A stretch of 32,000 nt of DNA from Paracoccus suum (GCF_003324675.1 NZ_CP030918.1:2130001-2162000), one strand, 5' to 3'; shown: positions 7,979 to 16,793, numbered from the stretch's first letter. A program made the numbers and translations. The notes: generated by a model from the sequence alone, not told the origin.

Positions 7979-8224
7979 ATGACGGTCGTCTCCCTAGTCG
8001 GAACTCAGCTAACGGACGACGGCGCCAACGCTGACGTGATCCGCGAACTGGAGGACCTTCTGAGGCAAGCCCGTCGCGGCGAGATCAAGGGGTTCGCCAT
8101 CGCTGCCGGGCGCCCCAACGGGCACGTCCATACGGGATGGGCAGGTATCGGTGCGCTCACCGTCCTGGGCGGCGTGCAGGTCCTTGCGACCCGCCTCGCA
8201 TCGGCCTGCTGGCACGACACGTAG
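7979..8224 (+). CDS. Hypothetical protein (81 aa), divergent from the SRAP gene
   Basis: GGGAGG RBS 6 nt upstream of the ATG at 7979. Only the non-overlapping tail of the 7328..8224 ORF is credible, because the rest is antisense to the SRAP gene. A small GCGCA-AAA-TGCGC hairpin plus CGTTT follows the stop. Confidence 0.5.
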   Translation: MTVVSLVGTQLTDDGANADVIRELEDLLRQARRGEIKGFAIAAGRPNGHVHTGWAGIGALTVLGGVQVLATRLASACWHDT

Positions 8225-8373
8225 CGCAAAATGCGCCGTTTGGCGTACTGAGCGACAACCGTGAGACGATCTATCAGGCGCGCAACAGCAGTGGGTCCAT
8301 TAGCGCGCGATGCTGTGAGCGCTGCAAACTCCCCGCGACTACATCCAGCTGAGTTTGGCTGATCCCCAGTTGT

Positions 8374-9267
8374 CTAGTCTCCGAATTGGTAGATGTTGCG
8401 ATGGTGTCGCATGTGAGAGATCTGACCGGCACTAAGGCTAACGGTCAGACCTTTGACCCCCAGCGCTCGCTTCGAGTTGGACGAAAGCCGTTCCGAGACC
8501 AGCAGCTCACCACCATCTGAAAAGCTGACGAAACCCTTGTCAAACAAGGCGTCCCACGTCGGCGACAACAGTAGAGCGTTGTCGGCGCTCAGGCACTCGT
8601 TTGGGTTGTCCCAGCAGTCTCGCCACGGCTTTATATGCGAGGCAACCAGTAATCTTTGCTCATTGAGGCCGGTCACGAGGCAGCTGCCGTAGCTTTGAAG
8701 AACCCGGCGCCGAAACAGCCCTTGGCCCACTCGCGCTTTTATAATGGCATCGCGAGTCGTCGCCGGTAGCGTCTCGTCGCGGAGAACTCGCTCTTCGATC
8801 TCATCCACGTTGTTGGTGCCATGCGAAATGAAGGCCTCTTCGTCGCCAAGATGGTCCGCCAACCAGTTGGCGACCTCGGGCGTAATCCAGAATGTGCGTG
8901 CTGCATTGTCTGGCTCAGCGCGCAGGGAAGAACAGAACCGGTGAAATAGTCGGTCGACCGCATCGTCGGGTGTATTCGTAATGGTGAACCCAAACTGTTT
9001 GCTTAAAACCTGCCGAATGCGGGGCGTCGTCTCGCGGCCGTCGAGTTGCTCGCGTTTTACATGCTCAGAAACCGTGTTGTCTTTGTAGCCCAGGAAGCGA
9101 GACGGACCGAAAGCGATTCCGTCGCCGCTCAAATAGGGGAGCAATACCCGGCCCTTGGATACTAGAGAACGGTAGATCTCATAGTCCCCGCCACGGGAGG
9201 AAGCCCGTGCAGTCTCGAGTGCTGTGATGTTCGCTTCAAGATCGCGATATTCTGTGATGAGACTCAT
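8374..9267 (-). CDS. HNH nuclease (HNH_2 / PF13391-type C-terminal domain) with an uncharacterised N-terminal domain of about 190 aa
   Basis: ARVGQGLFRRRVLQSYGSCLVTGLNEQRLLVASHIKPW...NALLLSPTWDALFDKGFVSF is the classic HNH_2 signature. Start at MSLITEY (ATG 9267) has a GGGAGA RBS. GC is visibly lower than in flanking phage genes. Confidence 0.8.
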   Translation of the reverse strand: MSLITEYRDLEANITALETARASSRGGDYEIYRSLVSKGRVLLPYLSGDGIAFGPSRFLGYKDNTVSEHVKREQLDGRETTPRIRQVLSKQFGFTITNTPDDAVDRLFHRFCSSLRAEPDNAARTFWITPEVANWLADHLGDEEAFISHGTNNVDEIEERVLRDETLPATTRDAIIKARVGQGLFRRRVLQSYGSCLVTGLNEQRLLVASHIKPWRDCWDNPNECLSADNALLLSPTWDALFDKGFVSFSDGGELLVSERLSSNSKRALGVKGLTVSLSAGQISHMRHHRNIYQFGD

Positions 9268-9403
9268 GTGCATTCTCCCTGATAGGCACACCCCAGTTCT
9301 ATTGCATGTCCCAGCGCGAGTCTCGGCGAGTTGATAACACGCTGACTTCTTCTTGTCCGACGACCCGCACTATTGCGGCGCATTAAAGAGCGAGCATGGA
9401 GCA

Positions 9404-9772
9404 ATGGGTCGTCTGGCTAAACTTCCGCCTCGGATGGCAACGGTACGCCAGTCCATTGCGGCCACCGGCCCCATCGCAGAACTGCCGACATCCGGCGAGC
9501 GCTCGGCATGGTCAGGTAAAGGCAGCAGGCACGAACGGGGCTACGGCTCCGCATGGGTCAAGACCGCGGCCCGCATCCTCAAGCGCGACAGCTACCTGTG
9601 CCAAGAGTGCCTGAGGCACGACAGGCTGACAGCGCTCAAGGTCAGGCCACGCGACCATGCCGTCGACCACATCGTCCCCAAGGCTCATGGCGGCAACGAC
9701 GAGGACAGCAACCTCGAGAGCCTGTGCGCGCCCTGCCACGCCGCCAAGACGGCTAAGGAATGGATGAGATGA
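9404..9772 (+). CDS. Terminase-associated phage HNH endonuclease
   Basis: RGYGSAWVKTAARILKRDSYLCQEC...VDHIVPKAHGGNDEDSNLESLCAPCHAAKT is an HNH motif with Cys pairs. It lies directly upstream of terS and terL, as in HK97-like cos phages. Start at MGRLAKLPPR. Confidence 0.85.
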   Translation: MGRLAKLPPRMATVRQSIAATGPIAELPTSGERSAWSGKGSRHERGYGSAWVKTAARILKRDSYLCQECLRHDRLTALKVRPRDHAVDHIVPKAHGGNDEDSNLESLCAPCHAAKTAKEWMR

Positions 9773-10026
9773 AGGTGAAGGCAAACGATGCCGTATCCGT
9801 CGGAGACCGCTTCCACGATTGGGTGCTGGTTGCCACCGGCTCTAAGAGCATCTGGGACGCATGGTACTTCTTGAGCGATTCAGGCGAGAAGTACCACTAT
9901 CGGACGGCGCCGGGGTTCCCTCTGACCAAGTCGCAAGCGATGGCTGGGTTGCGGGATGCTTCTGAGAGCCTTCGTCGTCAAAGATGCGAGCGAGAGCTGG
10001 CGCTTGAGTACGCGCGGATGTGCTGA
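9769..10026 (+). CDS. Hypothetical protein (85 aa)
   Basis: ATG 9769 overlaps the HNH stop (ATGA); ATG 9760 is an alternative. Moderately lower GC. No motif recognised. Confidence 0.45.
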   Translation: MKVKANDAVSVGDRFHDWVLVATGSKSIWDAWYFLSDSGEKYHYRTAPGFPLTKSQAMAGLRDASESLRRQRCERELALEYARMC

Positions 10027-10156
10027 CTTGAAGGGGGGGAGGGCAAAAGTCGGCAACCCAAGGTATCTGGGTACCGGCGTCCTCCTCACGCAGAGATAAA
10101 ATCCCGGCCGTTTGATTATCCAGCGGCGAAATCAATCCGAAATCAAAGGTGCTGAC

Positions 10157-10489
10157 ATGGCCCGAGGTGGTGCCCGGCCTGGTGCTGGCCGCCCTCGTAA
10201 AGAGGCTGGCAGTGTCCCGGCGGTGAAGAACGAGGCGGCAGCGAACCGTCCGCGCAAGTCCCTCGGTGGGATGACCCCGCTGGAGTACATGCTGGCGGTG
10301 ATGAACGACGCTGAGCAGGAGCCGACCCGGCGCGACCGGATGGCGATGGCGGCGGCACCCTTTGTGCATGCACGGGCATCCGATGTCGTCCCCGGCAAGA
10401 AGGAGCAGAAGCAGGACGCGGCGGAGAAAGTGGCGGCCGGCAAGTTCGCTCCGCGCGGCGGCCCGCGCCTGGCGGTCAGTAACGGGTGA
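10157..10489 (+). CDS. terS: Terminase small subunit (P27-like family)
   Basis: MARGGARPGAGRPRK...TPLEYMLAVMND...RRDRMAMAAAPFVH is the typical N-terminus and core of P27-type small terminases. The stop overlaps the terL start. Confidence 0.8.
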   Translation: MARGGARPGAGRPRKEAGSVPAVKNEAAANRPRKSLGGMTPLEYMLAVMNDAEQEPTRRDRMAMAAAPFVHARASDVVPGKKEQKQDAAEKVAAGKFAPRGGPRLAVSNG

Positions 10490-12162
10490 TGCCGGTGTGG
10501 TCGACGGCCTGCCCGGATTGGGAGCGCCGGATCGTCAATCGTGAGGGACTGATCCCGTTCGCCCCGCTGTTCCAGTCAGAGGCCGACTATGCCCTCGGCG
10601 TATTCAAGTCGCTGCGGGTGCCAGACCTGCCCGGCAAGCCTACCTTCGGTGAGGTGAGCGCGCCGTGGGTGTTCGAGTTCGTCTCGGCGATCTTCGGCGC
10701 GAATGACCCTGAGACGGGCAACCAATTGATCAGCGAGTTCTTCCTCTGCATCAGCAAGAAGAACACGAAATCCACGATAGCTGCGGCGATCATGCTGACG
10801 GCGCTGATCATTGGCTGGCGAGAGGACGAGGAGCTGCTGATCCTCGCGCCGACAGTTGAGGTGGCGGGCAACAGCTATAAGCCGGCGGCGGCGATGGTCC
10901 GGGCCGACGAGGAGTTGGCAGACCTGCTGCATGTGCAGGACCATGTGAGGACGATCACGCACCGGGTGACCAAATCGTCGCTCAAGGTCGTGGCCGCGGA
11001 CACGGACACGGTGGGCGGCAAGAAGTCGGGCCGGATCCTGATCGATGAGCTGTGGATCTTTGGCAAGCGGCCGAGCGCGGATGCCATGCTGCGGGAGGCG
11101 ACGGGCGGCTTGGTATCGCGGCCCGAGGGCTTCGTAATCTACCTGACCACCCAGGCGGACGCGCCGCCGGCCGGGGTGTTCAAGGATAAGCTGGACTATG
11201 CGCGCGACGTGCGGGACGGCCGCATCGAGGACAAGCGGTTCCTGCCCGTGATCTACGAATACCCGCAGAAGATGCTGGATCGCGAGGCGTATCTGGAGCC
11301 GGCCAACTTCTACGTCACGAACCCCAACATGGGGCGCAGCGTGTCGCAGGACTGGCTCGAACGGGAGATGGGCAAGGAACTGGCCAAGGACGCCAGCACC
11401 CGCGCGACGTTCTTTGCCAAGCATCTGAACGTCGAGATCGGGATGAACTTGCGGGCCAACCGCTGGCCCGGGGCGGATTTTTGGGCGCGCCGCGAGAGGC
11501 CCATGGATCTGGGCGAGGTTCTGGACCGCAGCGAGGTGGTCGTGGTCGGCGTCGACGGCGGCGGCTTGGACGATCTGTTCGGGCTTGCCGTGCTGGGGCG
11601 CGACCGAGAGACAAAAGACTGGCTCGCCTGGTGCCATGCGTGGTGCCACGACGGCGTGCTGGACCGGCGCCGGGCAATTGCGCCGCGTCTACGGGATTTC
11701 GAGCGGGAAGGGTCGCTCACTATCGTCGATGACGAGCTGGCCGACATCTCGGCGATCGTGGAGATCGTGGGCGAGGTGAAGGCTCGGGGCTTGCTCGCCG
11801 CGGTTGCGGCCGACCCGGCAGGCCTCGGCGAGTTGATCGACGCGCTGGCTGCGATCGGTGTGACGCCGGAGGACGGGCAGGTCATCGGCGCGCCGCAGGG
11901 CTACGCGATGATGAACGCGATCAAGACGGCCGAGCGCAAGCTGGCGAACGGCACGCTCTGGCACGACGGCTCGGCGCTGATGGCGTGGGCCGTGGGTAAC
12001 ATCAAGATCGAGCCGACCGCGACGGCGATCCGCGCGACGAAGGCGAACGCCGGCGATGCCAAGATCGACCCGGCCATGGCGCTGTTCGACGCGGTCACGG
12101 TCATGAGCCGGAACCCCGAGGCGCAGAAGGCGCCCGAGTACCAAATGCTGGTCATCGGCTAG
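10486..12162 (+). CDS. terL: Terminase large subunit (Terminase_1 family)
   Basis: 558 aa. Walker A-like SKKNTKST and Walker B-like ILIDELW. Size and position (after terS, before head genes) fit. Confidence 0.9.
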   Translation: MMPVWSTACPDWERRIVNREGLIPFAPLFQSEADYALGVFKSLRVPDLPGKPTFGEVSAPWVFEFVSAIFGANDPETGNQLISEFFLCISKKNTKSTIAAAIMLTALIIGWREDEELLILAPTVEVAGNSYKPAAAMVRADEELADLLHVQDHVRTITHRVTKSSLKVVAADTDTVGGKKSGRILIDELWIFGKRPSADAMLREATGGLVSRPEGFVIYLTTQADAPPAGVFKDKLDYARDVRDGRIEDKRFLPVIYEYPQKMLDREAYLEPANFYVTNPNMGRSVSQDWLEREMGKELAKDASTRATFFAKHLNVEIGMNLRANRWPGADFWARRERPMDLGEVLDRSEVVVVGVDGGGLDDLFGLAVLGRDRETKDWLAWCHAWCHDGVLDRRRAIAPRLRDFEREGSLTIVDDELADISAIVEIVGEVKARGLLAAVAADPAGLGELIDALAAIGVTPEDGQVIGAPQGYAMMNAIKTAERKLANGTLWHDGSALMAWAVGNIKIEPTATAIRATKANAGDAKIDPAMALFDAVTVMSRNPEAQKAPEYQMLVIG

Positions 12163-12196
12163 ACCTGTCAGCACTATCCAACAGCAGGAGGCCGGC

Positions 12197-14143
12197 ATGA
12201 ACCGTGCCTATTCGATCCTCACCGCCAAAGCGCTGCAGGACGGCGACGAGCGTGTGATTGAAGGCGTCGCGTCTACTCCCTCACCCGACCGCATGGGCGA
12301 TGTCGTGGAGCCCATGGGCGCCAAGTTCGCGCTGCCTCTGCCGCTGCTGTGGCAGCACAACCATGACGAAGCGGTCGGCACTGTCGAGTTCGCCGAGCCG
12401 AACGCCAAGGGCATTCCCTTCCGGGCGCGCCTCGCCAAGGTCGAGGAGGACGGCGACCTCAAGAAGCTCGTGGACAAGGCATGGCAGGCGGTAAAGGCCG
12501 GCTTGGTGCGCGGTGTGTCCATCGGCTTCAACGCCAGAGAACCTGAGCGGCTCAAGACTGGCGGATTGCGGTTCACAGATTGGGAATGGCTCGAGCTTTC
12601 GCTCGTGACCATACCGGCCAACGCGGAGGCCACTATTTCCGCGATCAAGAGCATCTCGCGCCAACAGATCGCCGCGTCCGGCGAGGGCGAGATCAGTCCC
12701 GGCGCTTCGGGAACCCCGGTGAAAATCAGCACGAAAGGGGTGCCGAAGATGGCTCTCGCTGAACAGATCGCCTCCTTGGAGGCAAAACGCGCCGCGAATG
12801 CCGCGCGCATGGAAGAAATCGCCACGAAGAGCATCAACCGCGGCGAAACGATGGCGGCCGACGAGCACGAAGAGTTCGACGGCCTGCAAGCCGAGGTCGA
12901 TCAGGTCGACGCAGATCTGAGCCGTCTCAAGGCGCTGGAGCGTGTCAAGTTGGCTGCGGCGAAGCCGGTTGCTGGCCAGAAGGCCTCGGACCACGAGAGC
13001 CGTGACCCGGCGACTGTGCCCGGCAAGGTGCGCCTGGCCGAGAAGGTCGACAAGGGCATCAACTTCGCCCGTCTCGCCAAGGTGAAGGCTCTGGCGCAGC
13101 TGGACGTGGAGAACCCGCGCGAGATCGCCAAGCGCCTTTATGGCGAGGACTCGGCCGTCTACGGCGTCATCACCAAAGCAGCTGTTCCGGCCGGCGCCAC
13201 GCTGGACGGCAACTGGGCGGAGTGGATGGTCACCGATGAGGGGCGCGTGTTTGGCGACTTCCTCGAGTATCTGCGGCCCCGCACGATCCTCGGGCGCTTC
13301 GGCCAAAACGGCGTCCCCAGCCTGCGCAACGTGCCGGCGGATACCACCATCGGCGCGCAGACGGGCGGCGGTGAAGCCTATTGGGTCGGCGAGGGCAAGG
13401 CAAAGCCGCTGACCAAGTTCGAGGGCGAGACCAACAAGCTCAGCATCCTCAAGGTCGCGAACATCGCGGTTGTGACCGAAGAACTGCTGCGCAAATCGGG
13501 CATCGCAGCGGAGGCGTTCCTGCGTGACCAGCTCACCGCTGCGATCGCCACGCGTCTGGACAAGGACTTCATCGACCCCGCCAAGGCTGCCGTGGCCGGC
13601 GTGTCGCCAGCCTCGATCACCAATGGCCTGACGCCGATCGTTTCGGCCGGCGGCACGGCTGACAATATCCGCGCTGATATTCAGGCGCTGTTTGGCAGCT
13701 TCATCGCCGCCAAGAACGCGCCGACGAACGGTGTGTGGATCATGTCGGCATCGGCGGCACTCTCGTTGTCGATGATGATCAACCCGCTGGGCCAGCCGGA
13801 ATTCCCCGGCCTGACCATGACCGGGGGCACCTTCGCCGGTCTGCCGGTGATCGTTTCCGACTATGCGCCGGCGGGTCTGGTGGTCTTGGCGAACGCCTCG
13901 GACATCTACCTGGTGGACGAGGGCGGCGTGCAGGTTGCCATGTCGCGCGAGGCGTCGCTGGAGATGTCGGACAGCCCGACCCACAACAGCACCACGCCGA
14001 CGCCCATCCAATTGGTGTCGATGTTCCAGACGAACAGCGTGGCCTTCCGGGCCGAGCGGTTCATCAACTGGGCGCGCCGCCGGCCGTCCGGCGTGGCGGT
14101 CATCACCCAGGCGACCTGGGCCGGCTACGACGCCACCCCGTGA
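12197..14143 (+). CDS. Fused HK97-family prohead protease (S78/U35) and HK97-fold major capsid protein
   Basis: The N-terminal 150 aa or so (IEGVASTPSPDRMGDVVEP...LLWQHN...VSIGF...ELSLVTIPANAEA) match the prohead protease. A coiled-coil delta-like segment follows (LAEQIASLEAKRAANAARMEEI...), then an HK97 MCP-like C-terminus. It is one uninterrupted 648-codon ORF. Confidence 0.85.
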   Translation: MNRAYSILTAKALQDGDERVIEGVASTPSPDRMGDVVEPMGAKFALPLPLLWQHNHDEAVGTVEFAEPNAKGIPFRARLAKVEEDGDLKKLVDKAWQAVKAGLVRGVSIGFNAREPERLKTGGLRFTDWEWLELSLVTIPANAEATISAIKSISRQQIAASGEGEISPGASGTPVKISTKGVPKMALAEQIASLEAKRAANAARMEEIATKSINRGETMAADEHEEFDGLQAEVDQVDADLSRLKALERVKLAAAKPVAGQKASDHESRDPATVPGKVRLAEKVDKGINFARLAKVKALAQLDVENPREIAKRLYGEDSAVYGVITKAAVPAGATLDGNWAEWMVTDEGRVFGDFLEYLRPRTILGRFGQNGVPSLRNVPADTTIGAQTGGGEAYWVGEGKAKPLTKFEGETNKLSILKVANIAVVTEELLRKSGIAAEAFLRDQLTAAIATRLDKDFIDPAKAAVAGVSPASITNGLTPIVSAGGTADNIRADIQALFGSFIAAKNAPTNGVWIMSASAALSLSMMINPLGQPEFPGLTMTGGTFAGLPVIVSDYAPAGLVVLANASDIYLVDEGGVQVAMSREASLEMSDSPTHNSTTPTPIQLVSMFQTNSVAFRAERFINWARRRPSGVAVITQATWAGYDATP

Positions 14144-14198
14144 CAATGACTGGAGAGGCGGGTCCGCCCGCCTCTCTCCCTCTGCGGGAGGCTATCAC

Positions 14199-14435
14199 AT
14201 GAAGAAATCCACATACATGGACCGGGCGATGCGGGCCAAAGACCCGCGCTTCGCGGCCATTCTCGGCAAGCTGGGCTATGAGCGCACCGACCTGCGGGCT
14301 GACGACGCCGCGGAAGCTGAGGCGAAGGAACTGGCTCAGCTGCGTGATCGGTACCAGGAAATTGTTGGCAAGCGTGCTTATCACGGCTGGAACGCCGACA
14401 CCCTGCGCGAAAAGATTGCCGAGGCGGCGGAATAA
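14199..14435 (+). CDS. Hypothetical small protein (78 aa) between the capsid and portal genes
   Basis: GGGAGG RBS upstream of the ATG at 14199. Charged and helical-looking. The rest of the 13863..14435 ORF overlaps the capsid gene out of frame and is discounted. Confidence 0.55.
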   Translation: MKKSTYMDRAMRAKDPRFAAILGKLGYERTDLRADDAAEAEAKELAQLRDRYQEIVGKRAYHGWNADTLREKIAEAAE

Positions 14436-14437
14436 TC

Positions 14438-15805
14438 ATGGCTCTTTGGGGATTGTTCGGGCGGCAAGAAAAGGCCGTCTCCGCATCACCAGTCCCCACG
14501 GGCCGTGGCAGCGGCTGGTTCACCGTTCTCGAGGCGAACTCGGGCAATTGGCAGCGCAATGTCGAAGTCGACTATGACGGCGTCCGTGCGTTCCATGCGG
14601 TCTACGCCTGCATGACGCTGATTGCGTCGGACATTGCCAAGCTTCGGGTGAAGCTGGTGCAACAGGATAACAGTGGCGTCTGGTCCGAGATCGACAGTCC
14701 CGCCTATTCGCCGGTTCTGCGCAGGCCAAACCACTTCCAGAACCGCATTCAGTTCTGGGAGCATTACATGCTCTCGAAGCTATCCACCGGGAACGTCTAT
14801 GTGCTCAAGCGGCGCGACAATCGCGCGGTGGTCACGGCGCTTCACGTGCTCGACCCGCGCCGGGTTACGCCGCTCGTCACAGACACTGGGGACGTCTACT
14901 ACCAACTCGCAGCCGACAATTTGGCGGGGCAAGAAGGCGACGTTGTCGTGCCGGCATCCGAGATCATCCACGACCGGATGAACACGATCTATCATCCGCT
15001 GGTCGGCACCTCGCCGATTCACGCGGCTGGTCTGGCCGCGATGCAGGGCATTCGGATCCAGACCAACTCGACCAACTTCTTCGCGAACGGGGCCCGGCCG
15101 AGCGGCATCCTGACTGCCCCCGGCGCCATCAGCGATGAGACGGCCCAAAGGCTCAAGGAGCACTGGGAGAGCCGCTACACCGGCGACAACGCCGGTAAAG
15201 TCGCGGTGCTCGGGGATGGGCTGAAATACGAGCCGATGACCATGACGGCGAGCGACGCTCAGATGATCGAGCAGTTGAAGTGGACGGCGTCGGTCATCTG
15301 CAGCGTGTTCCACGTTCCGCTCTACAAGGTGGCCATGGGCGAGGGACAACCGAACTATAACAACGTCCAGAACCTGAACGTCGAATATTATAGCCAGTGC
15401 CTGCAGCAGCACATCGAGGCGGCTGAACTGTGCCTGGACGAGGGATTGGGCCTGGACGCCTATGTTGGCGACCGGATCGGCACCGAATTCGATCTGGACG
15501 GGCTGCTTCGAATGGACAGCAAGACCCAGATGGAGACCTTGGCCGAGGCCAAGAACCTGATGACGCTGAACGAGCGCCGTCGCCGGATCGATCTACCGAA
15601 GATGGCAGGTGGAGACACGGTCTACCTGCAGGAGCAGGATCACAGTCTCGATGCGATCGCAGCACGGGACCGCGCGCTAATCGAGGGCCCGCCGCCCGCA
15701 CTTCCGACGCTTCCGCCCCCCGACGAAGGGGACAAGGGCGTGCCTCTGGCGCTCGCTATCCGTGCTCTCACTCACAAAAGGACGGCGCCCGATGCTCGAC
15801 AGTGA
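14438..15805 (+). CDS. Portal protein (HK97 family)
   Basis: 455 aa. VRAFHAVYACMTLIASDIAKL, FFANGARPSGILT and QLKWTASVICSVFHVPLYKV match conserved blocks of HK97-type portals. Confidence 0.9.
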   Translation: MALWGLFGRQEKAVSASPVPTGRGSGWFTVLEANSGNWQRNVEVDYDGVRAFHAVYACMTLIASDIAKLRVKLVQQDNSGVWSEIDSPAYSPVLRRPNHFQNRIQFWEHYMLSKLSTGNVYVLKRRDNRAVVTALHVLDPRRVTPLVTDTGDVYYQLAADNLAGQEGDVVVPASEIIHDRMNTIYHPLVGTSPIHAAGLAAMQGIRIQTNSTNFFANGARPSGILTAPGAISDETAQRLKEHWESRYTGDNAGKVAVLGDGLKYEPMTMTASDAQMIEQLKWTASVICSVFHVPLYKVAMGEGQPNYNNVQNLNVEYYSQCLQQHIEAAELCLDEGLGLDAYVGDRIGTEFDLDGLLRMDSKTQMETLAEAKNLMTLNERRRRIDLPKMAGGDTVYLQEQDHSLDAIAARDRALIEGPPPALPTLPPPDEGDKGVPLALAIRALTHKRTAPDARQ

Positions 15806-16793
15806 ATCCGTCGCTGCCGCGATGCTGGATGCCACCGAGGCCCTGATCGCGAAGCATCTGTCGCCCGTCCTCAAGGAAAACGAGGGGCTGCGGCAAGCGA
15901 ATGCCGCGTTGGTCGGACGGATCGCAGCGCTGGAGGCTGCGGCAGGCGACGATGGCTTGTCCGAGGTCCGTGGAAAGATCAATGAAATGGACGCCGCGCT
16001 CAAGCGTCTGGGCGATGCTGAGCCAGCGGTCACGTTGACCGAGATCAAGGGGTGGATCGCAGAAAGCACCGCTGCTGCCGTTGCAGCGCTGCCACCGCCA
16101 GAACCGGGCTTAGATGGGCTGAACGGCCAAGACGGCACCAGTGTCGACTTGGGAGATGTCATGCCACTGCTTACAATGCAGGTGCAGTCATTCTTGGAGG
16201 CCCTACCTCTCCCGGAGGACGGAAAAGATGGCGAGCCCGGTCGAGACGCTGATCCCGCCGAGGTTGAGCGGCTCGTAGCCGAGGCGGTCAGCAAGGCGGT
16301 GGGAGCGATCACGGTGAAGGATGGCTCGCCCGGTAAGGACGGCGTAGGCCTGGCGGGCGCGCTGATCGATCGTGAGGGCTGTTTGGTCGTTACGCTGACC
16401 AACGGAGAGACAAGAAGCCTAGGTCGCGTTGTCGGCGAGCCGGGGCGCGACGGCCAAGACGGTCTCGGCTTTGATGACTTGACCCTCGACTACGACGGTG
16501 AGCGGACCATTACCTTCCTGTTCCAGAAGGGCGAACGGATCGAGGAGCGTCACTTCGTGGTGCCGGTGGTGCTGGATCGCGGCGTTTACGCGCCGGGCGC
16601 GGGTTATCAGAAGGGCGACAGCGTCACCTTCGGCGGCAGCGTATGGATCGCGCAACGAGAGACAAAAGCGCGGCCGGACGGTTCCAGCGATTGGCGCCTC
16701 AGCGTGAAGAAGGGCCGTGACGGCAAGGACGGCGTCGCAAAGGCGCCGGCCGATCGCAGCCCGCTAAGGGTCGGAGGCGGGAATGCTGATTGA
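15792..16793 (+). CDS. Collagen-like (short G-X-Y run) structural protein with a C-terminal CBM5/12-like motif; possible head fibre or decoration protein
   Basis: Five short G-X-Y runs (GLDGLNGQDG, DGKDGEPGRD, DGSPGKDGVG, GEPGRDGQDGLG, GRDGKDG). The N-terminus is coiled-coil. The C-terminus reads YQKGDSVTFGGSVWIAQRET. AAGGA RBS; start overlaps the portal 3' end. Confidence 0.6.
   Translation: MLDSESVAAAMLDATEALIAKHLSPVLKENEGLRQANAALVGRIAALEAAAGDDGLSEVRGKINEMDAALKRLGDAEPAVTLTEIKGWIAESTAAAVAALPPPEPGLDGLNGQDGTSVDLGDVMPLLTMQVQSFLEALPLPEDGKDGEPGRDADPAEVERLVAEAVSKAVGAITVKDGSPGKDGVGLAGALIDREGCLVVTLTNGETRSLGRVVGEPGRDGQDGLGFDDLTLDYDGERTITFLFQKGERIEERHFVVPVVLDRGVYAPGAGYQKGDSVTFGGSVWIAQRETKARPDGSSDWRLSVKKGRDGKDGVAKAPADRSPLRVGGGNAD

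Noticed and set aside
12281-14146. 621-aa minus-strand ORF, plus similar long antisense ORFs at 764..1948, 2079..3134, 4105..5280, 10576..11649, 15677..16402, 20652..21278, 21804..22634, 23686..24423, 25415..26053 and 27550..28146
   Set aside because: Each lies antisense to a + strand gene with clear family motifs. The translations are Arg/Gly/Ala/Pro-rich and low in complexity. These are typical shadow ORFs of high-GC DNA.
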